30,156 nucleotides of DNA from the IMG/VR virus record IMGVR_UViG_3300008255_000353, positions 1-30,156 of that record, one strand, 5' to 3'. The notes below the pieces were generated by a model that saw only the letters and a list, made by a program, of their open reading frames with translations, was not told the DNA's origin and did not search any database. Below, in pieces: positions 26,408 to 30,156 of the stretch. This DNA is from a virus. Lineage: Duplodnaviria; Caudoviricetes. The position numbers were made by a program, and so were the translations under genes. Each line of letters opens with the position of its first letter. Position 1 is the first letter of the stretch.

Positions 26408-27868
26408 TTGAGCTACCAGTTCCACACAAAACCGTTTGCGCACCAGGCAGAGGTCTGGGAGGCGTCCCGCGACCTGAATGCCTTTGCGGCCTTCTGGGAG
26501 CAGGGCACTGGCAAGTCCAAGCTGACCATCGACACCCTCGGGCACCTCTACACCGAGGGCGAGGTTGACGCTGCGATCATTGTTGCCCCGAATGGGGTAC
26601 ACCGCAACTGGATCACGGATGAGCTCCCGACGCACCTGAGCCCAGACATCCCCCTGCTGGCGCACGCATACTCCGCCCCGAGCGCCAGCGCCAAGTGGCA
26701 CGACGCGGCTGTGGCTGGGCTCCTCAACCACCGGGGGCTCCCCCTCCTCGCCATCAGCTATGATGCCTGGATGACTGACAAGGGCAAGAAGGCTGTCTGG
26801 AACATGATGCGCAAGCGGCGCGTCCTCCTTGCCCTTGACGAGAGCCACCGCATCAAGACGCCCTCTGCCCGGCGCACCCGCTCCATCCTGGCCGGGGGCA
26901 AGCATGCCCCCTACCGGCGGGTGCTGAGCGGGACGCCTGTGACCAACGGGCCGTTCGACATCTACACCCAGGTGGCCTTCCTGGACCCTGAGTTCTGGAG
27001 GCGTGAGCTGGACATCGCCAGCTTCACGGCCTTCAAGTCCTTCTTCGGGGTTTGGGACAAGGGGTGGAACAATGCCCAGAAGCGCGAATTTGACATGCTG
27101 GTTGGGTACCAGAACCTGGACCACCTGGCCGATGCCATCAAGCTCATCAGCTCCCGGGTGACCAAGGATGACGTCCTGGACCTCCCGCCCAAGCTGTTCA
27201 CAAAGCGGTACTATGAGATGAGTCCGGCACAGCGCCGGGTTTACGACAGCGTTGAGGGCGAGTTCATGGCCTGGCTAGACAGCGGGGAGCTGGTGACGGC
27301 CCCCCTGGCGATCACTCGCATGCTGCGCCTCCAGCAGGTCCTGTGCGGGTACATCCCAGTGGACGGGGAGGACGAGCCGACAGAGCTGATTGAGAGGGAC
27401 AAGAACCCCCGGCTCAGGCTCCTCCGGGACACCATGGAGGACGTCAACGGCAAGGCGATCATCTGGGCCACCTGGACCCGGGACATTGAGATGATCCTCC
27501 ACATGCTCAGGGAGATGGGTCGCAACCCCGTCCGGTACGATGGGCGCGTGAGTGACGATGAGCGGCAGCGGGCCAAGGACGCCTTCAAGCACGGTGACGC
27601 AACCGACTTTGTTGCCAACTCCCAGATGAGCGAGGGCCTCACCCTCAACGAGGCCAAGACAACAATCTACTACAACAACAGCTACAAGCTCATTGACCGG
27701 CTCCAGACAGAGGACCGCAACCACCGCATCGGCCAGGATGACCACGTGACCTATGTTGACCTGGTCTGCCCCGGGACGCGGGATGAGAGGGCCATTGACG
27801 CCCTCGTGGCCAAGCTGGACGTGGCCAACGTGATCATGGGCGACAAGCACAAGGAATGGATCAAATGA
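26408..27868 (+). CDS. SNF2-family DNA helicase
   Basis: PFAHQ, Walker A EQGTGKS, DESH, LSGTP, EGLTL and QTEDRNHRIGQ. RBS GGAGG favours TTG 26408 over ATG 26396. Confidence 0.95.
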   Translation: MSYQFHTKPFAHQAEVWEASRDLNAFAAFWEQGTGKSKLTIDTLGHLYTEGEVDAAIIVAPNGVHRNWITDELPTHLSPDIPLLAHAYSAPSASAKWHDAAVAGLLNHRGLPLLAISYDAWMTDKGKKAVWNMMRKRRVLLALDESHRIKTPSARRTRSILAGGKHAPYRRVLSGTPVTNGPFDIYTQVAFLDPEFWRRELDIASFTAFKSFFGVWDKGWNNAQKREFDMLVGYQNLDHLADAIKLISSRVTKDDVLDLPPKLFTKRYYEMSPAQRRVYDSVEGEFMAWLDSGELVTAPLAITRMLRLQQVLCGYIPVDGEDEPTELIERDKNPRLRLLRDTMEDVNGKAIIWATWTRDIEMILHMLREMGRNPVRYDGRVSDDERQRAKDAFKHGDATDFVANSQMSEGLTLNEAKTTIYYNNSYKLIDRLQTEDRNHRIGQDDHVTYVDLVCPGTRDERAIDALVAKLDVANVIMGDKHKEWIK

Positions 27869-28227
27869 CTGTCTACATCGTACAGGACCACCGGCGCTAC
27901 AACCGGGACACGGGCCAGTATGAGCCTGTCCACGACCTGACCCCGGCGGAGGAGTATGGGCCGCTGAAGTACCTCCTGAGCCCCACGGCAGCGCCCTGGA
28001 GCCCGGAGACGGTGATGCCTGAGCTCTGGGAGGGCCTGGCGGACTTCGGGGACGGTGACCACCTCCTCCTGACTGGAAACCCCATCCTCATCGGTTGGGC
28101 AACTGCTGTGGCTGCGGACTTCAATGACGGGCGGGTGAACCTGCTCCAGTGGCATGGGCGTGAGCGGCGCTACACCCCTGTGTCCGCTCAAGTGTTTCAG
28201 GTTGACCCGGACCAGCCCCGGGGGTAG
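27865..28227 (+). CDS. Conserved hypothetical phage protein (120 aa)
   Basis: ATGA coupling to the helicase stop. MTVYIVQ...A.EYG.L..LL...D.LLLTGNP...LLQW...Y. Confidence 0.8.
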   Translation: MTVYIVQDHRRYNRDTGQYEPVHDLTPAEEYGPLKYLLSPTAAPWSPETVMPELWEGLADFGDGDHLLLTGNPILIGWATAVAADFNDGRVNLLQWHGRERRYTPVSAQVFQVDPDQPRG

Positions 28228-28230
28228 GCT
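28202..28230 (+). promoter_or_regulatory. Sigma70-like promoter
   Basis: TTGACC (28202-28207), 17 nt, TAGGCT (28225-28230), upstream of the AAGGAG RBS. Confidence 0.55.
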
Positions 28231-28258
28231 CTGGGGGCGGAGAAAAGGAGAACCATTG

Positions 28259-28804
28259 ATGACCGGATATGAAGAATTTGCCCAGGCTCCTCTGGGGGAC
28301 AACATCCTCGCCCAGATCGCACAGACGGCCCGGGACATCCTGGAGGCGCAGGCCCTCGTGAGGGAGCGGGAGGAGGCCCTGAAGGACGCCCAGAAGGCCC
28401 TCCGGGTGCTCCAGCAGGAGACAATGCCCGAGCTGATGACCAGTGCTGGACAGGAGGCCCTGACGACCATTGACGGCCTCAAGGTGTCGATGAAGACAGG
28501 CACCCAGTGGCGTCCTGACCAGGACCAGAAGGCCCTGACCGTGAAGTGGCTTGAGGACAACGGCCATGCCGGGATCGTCAAGCGGGAAGTCAAGGTGGCA
28601 ATGGGGAAGGTGAGCCAAGAGCAAGTTGACGAGCTGGCCGGGAAGTTGGTGACCATGGGGTGGTCCCCGGCGGCAAAGCTGGATGTCCACCCCCAGACCT
28701 TCGGGGCGCTGGTCCGGGAGCTGCTTGCCAAGGGCGAGGACGTGCCGCTGGCCGACATGGGTGCTGAGGTGACCAAGTTTGCGGACGTGAAGCCCGCCAA
28801 GTGA
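28259..28804 (+). CDS. Conserved hypothetical replication-module protein (181 aa)
   Basis: RBS AAGGAG. Coiled coil then MPELM...G...WLEDNGH.GIVK...VHPQT..A.VRE. Confidence 0.85.
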   Translation: MTGYEEFAQAPLGDNILAQIAQTARDILEAQALVREREEALKDAQKALRVLQQETMPELMTSAGQEALTTIDGLKVSMKTGTQWRPDQDQKALTVKWLEDNGHAGIVKREVKVAMGKVSQEQVDELAGKLVTMGWSPAAKLDVHPQTFGALVRELLAKGEDVPLADMGAEVTKFADVKPAK

Positions 28805-28904
28805 GATACCGCCACCTGGTCTAACGGTGGGAGGCCCCCCTGCTCGGGGGAAGCGCGATGAGCCGGGGCGCTACAACCCGCCTCACATTGAGAGGAGAAG
28901 CCGC

Positions 28905-29768
28905 ATGGCTGACAAGACCAAGACTGAAGTTGCGACAAAGGACCAGGCCGGGCTCCCGGCTGAGTACGCCGGGCTGGAGGACTACGCAGGGCAGGGCCTT
29001 GACGACCTCGACAGCTCTGACCGCTCTGTCCCGTTCCTCAAGGTGCTGGAGAAGAACAGCCCCGAGATTGAGAGCGTGGACGGTGCCAAGGCGGGCATGA
29101 TCATCGACACGTCCACCAACCGGCTGTATGAGACCATCCGGTTTGTCCCGGCCTGCCGGGAGCATGCGTTTGTCGAGTGGGTCCCCATCGACAACGGTGG
29201 CGGCCTGGTGGCATCCTACGGGATGGGCGAGGACATCGCCAAGTGGGCCAAGACCCAGCGGGGCAAGATCAGCCTGCGGAACGGCAACGACCTCGTTGAG
29301 ACGTTCTACCTGTTCGGCATCCTCCTTCCCGAGGAGGGCGATGATGAGTCGGAGCCCAAGCCGGTGGTGATCAGCTTCACCTCCACCCGGATCAAGACCT
29401 ACAAGAGCATCGTCAACCGCTCTGACAGCATCATGCTGATGGGGGCCGGGGGCCGCAAGTTCAAGGCCCCGTGGTTCTGCCACGTCTGGCGCATCGGGAC
29501 CCTGAAGAAGGTGGATGGAAACCAGTCCTGGTTCCTGTACACCGCAGAGTTCGACAGCCCCAACAAGGATGCCGCCGGTGCCCGCCTCCCGGCGGACAGC
29601 GAGGTTGTCCAGATGGGGGCTGAGATGGTCCGCCAGAAGTCCTCGGGCGAGCTGAAGATGGCCCAGGAGGGTGTCGCTGGTGAGCAGCCGGACACTCCCC
29701 CGGCATCGGGTGGCGGATACTCCGGCGGGGGCAGCTCCGGCGGTGGGGATGATGAGCCCCCCTTCTGA
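28905..29768 (+). CDS. Putative single-stranded DNA-binding protein
   Basis: RBS GAGGAG. G.DD....D..VPFLKVL...SP N-terminus. Gly-rich linker and acidic DDEPPF C-terminal tail typical of SSBs. Confidence 0.7.
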   Translation: MADKTKTEVATKDQAGLPAEYAGLEDYAGQGLDDLDSSDRSVPFLKVLEKNSPEIESVDGAKAGMIIDTSTNRLYETIRFVPACREHAFVEWVPIDNGGGLVASYGMGEDIAKWAKTQRGKISLRNGNDLVETFYLFGILLPEEGDDESEPKPVVISFTSTRIKTYKSIVNRSDSIMLMGAGGRKFKAPWFCHVWRIGTLKKVDGNQSWFLYTAEFDSPNKDAAGARLPADSEVVQMGAEMVRQKSSGELKMAQEGVAGEQPDTPPASGGGYSGGGSSGGGDDEPPF

Positions 29769-29952
29769 GGGGGCCGTCAGCAACTGGTCGATGTCCCATC
29801 CCACTGGGACGCCCCTAGCATGCTGGGGTTCGGCTGAGGCAGGGCGAGCGGCGCAAGCCATCTATGACTCCTGCTGCCAGCGCTGAGGAGCGCACCCCCG
29901 GGACGCCGCATGCCGGACCCGGGGGACCTTACACAGAAATGGAGGACGTGCG

Positions 29953-30117
29953 ATGACACGCAAGGCAAGACTGAAGGCGATGGCCCCCAAGGGTCACCCA
30001 ACAGGCCAGATCGGCCGCAAGGGAGAGTACCAGCGCCGACAGCTCGGGGCAGTGCTCAGGGGCGAGCGCGTCCTGAGCTACCACGCCACCAAGGGCTGGC
30101 GCAACCGCCGGGTGTGA
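29953..30117 (+). CDS. Small basic hypothetical protein (54 aa)
   Basis: RBS GAAATGGAGG then MTRKARLKAMAPKGHPTGQIGRKGEYQRRQLGAVLRGERVLSYHATKGWRNRRV*. Not in the ORF track. Confidence 0.65.
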   Translation: MTRKARLKAMAPKGHPTGQIGRKGEYQRRQLGAVLRGERVLSYHATKGWRNRRV

Positions 30118-30143
30118 ACCCGGCCTGAGAAATGGAGCACGAC

Positions 30144-30156
30144 ATGGGCGATTGGA
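30144..30156 (+). CDS. Start of next gene (partial)
   Basis: GAAATGGAG RBS at 30129-30137 followed by ATG GGC GAT TGG. Confidence 0.5.

Noticed and set aside
29769-29930. tRNA gene
   Set aside because: A GGTTCG is present, but I could not build a cloverleaf with proper D-arm, anticodon arm and acceptor stem.

Overview
A 30 kb stretch of a GC-rich, lytic-type siphovirus genome with all credible genes on the + strand. The major capsid protein strongly resembles that of YuA/M6/phiJL001-like phages (recognised from memory, not by search). Gene order: end of an upstream gene; non-coding element copy 1; terS; four small inserted genes (two membrane-associated); terL; portal; MuF minor head protein with a ParB-like C-terminus; scaffold; major capsid; neck; tail tube; tail chaperones with a -1 frameshift; tape measure; Dit; LamG/SGNH-esterase tail spike; tail tip; endolysin, holin and spanins; non-coding element copy 2; SNF2 helicase; SSB-like and other replication genes. 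The most unusual feature is a 277-bp element present twice in direct orientation (230-506 and 26057-26333). It aligns without gaps, is pseudo-dyad-symmetric, carries nine AAGTTAAG/CTTAACTT boxes and paired IHF-like sites per copy, and exactly brackets the whole morphogenesis-lysis module. Other points of interest: shared GCGA hairpin leaders on the scaffold and capsid genes, structured spacers flanking the SSB-like gene, two unannotated basic micro-ORFs, and apparent TCGA avoidance.
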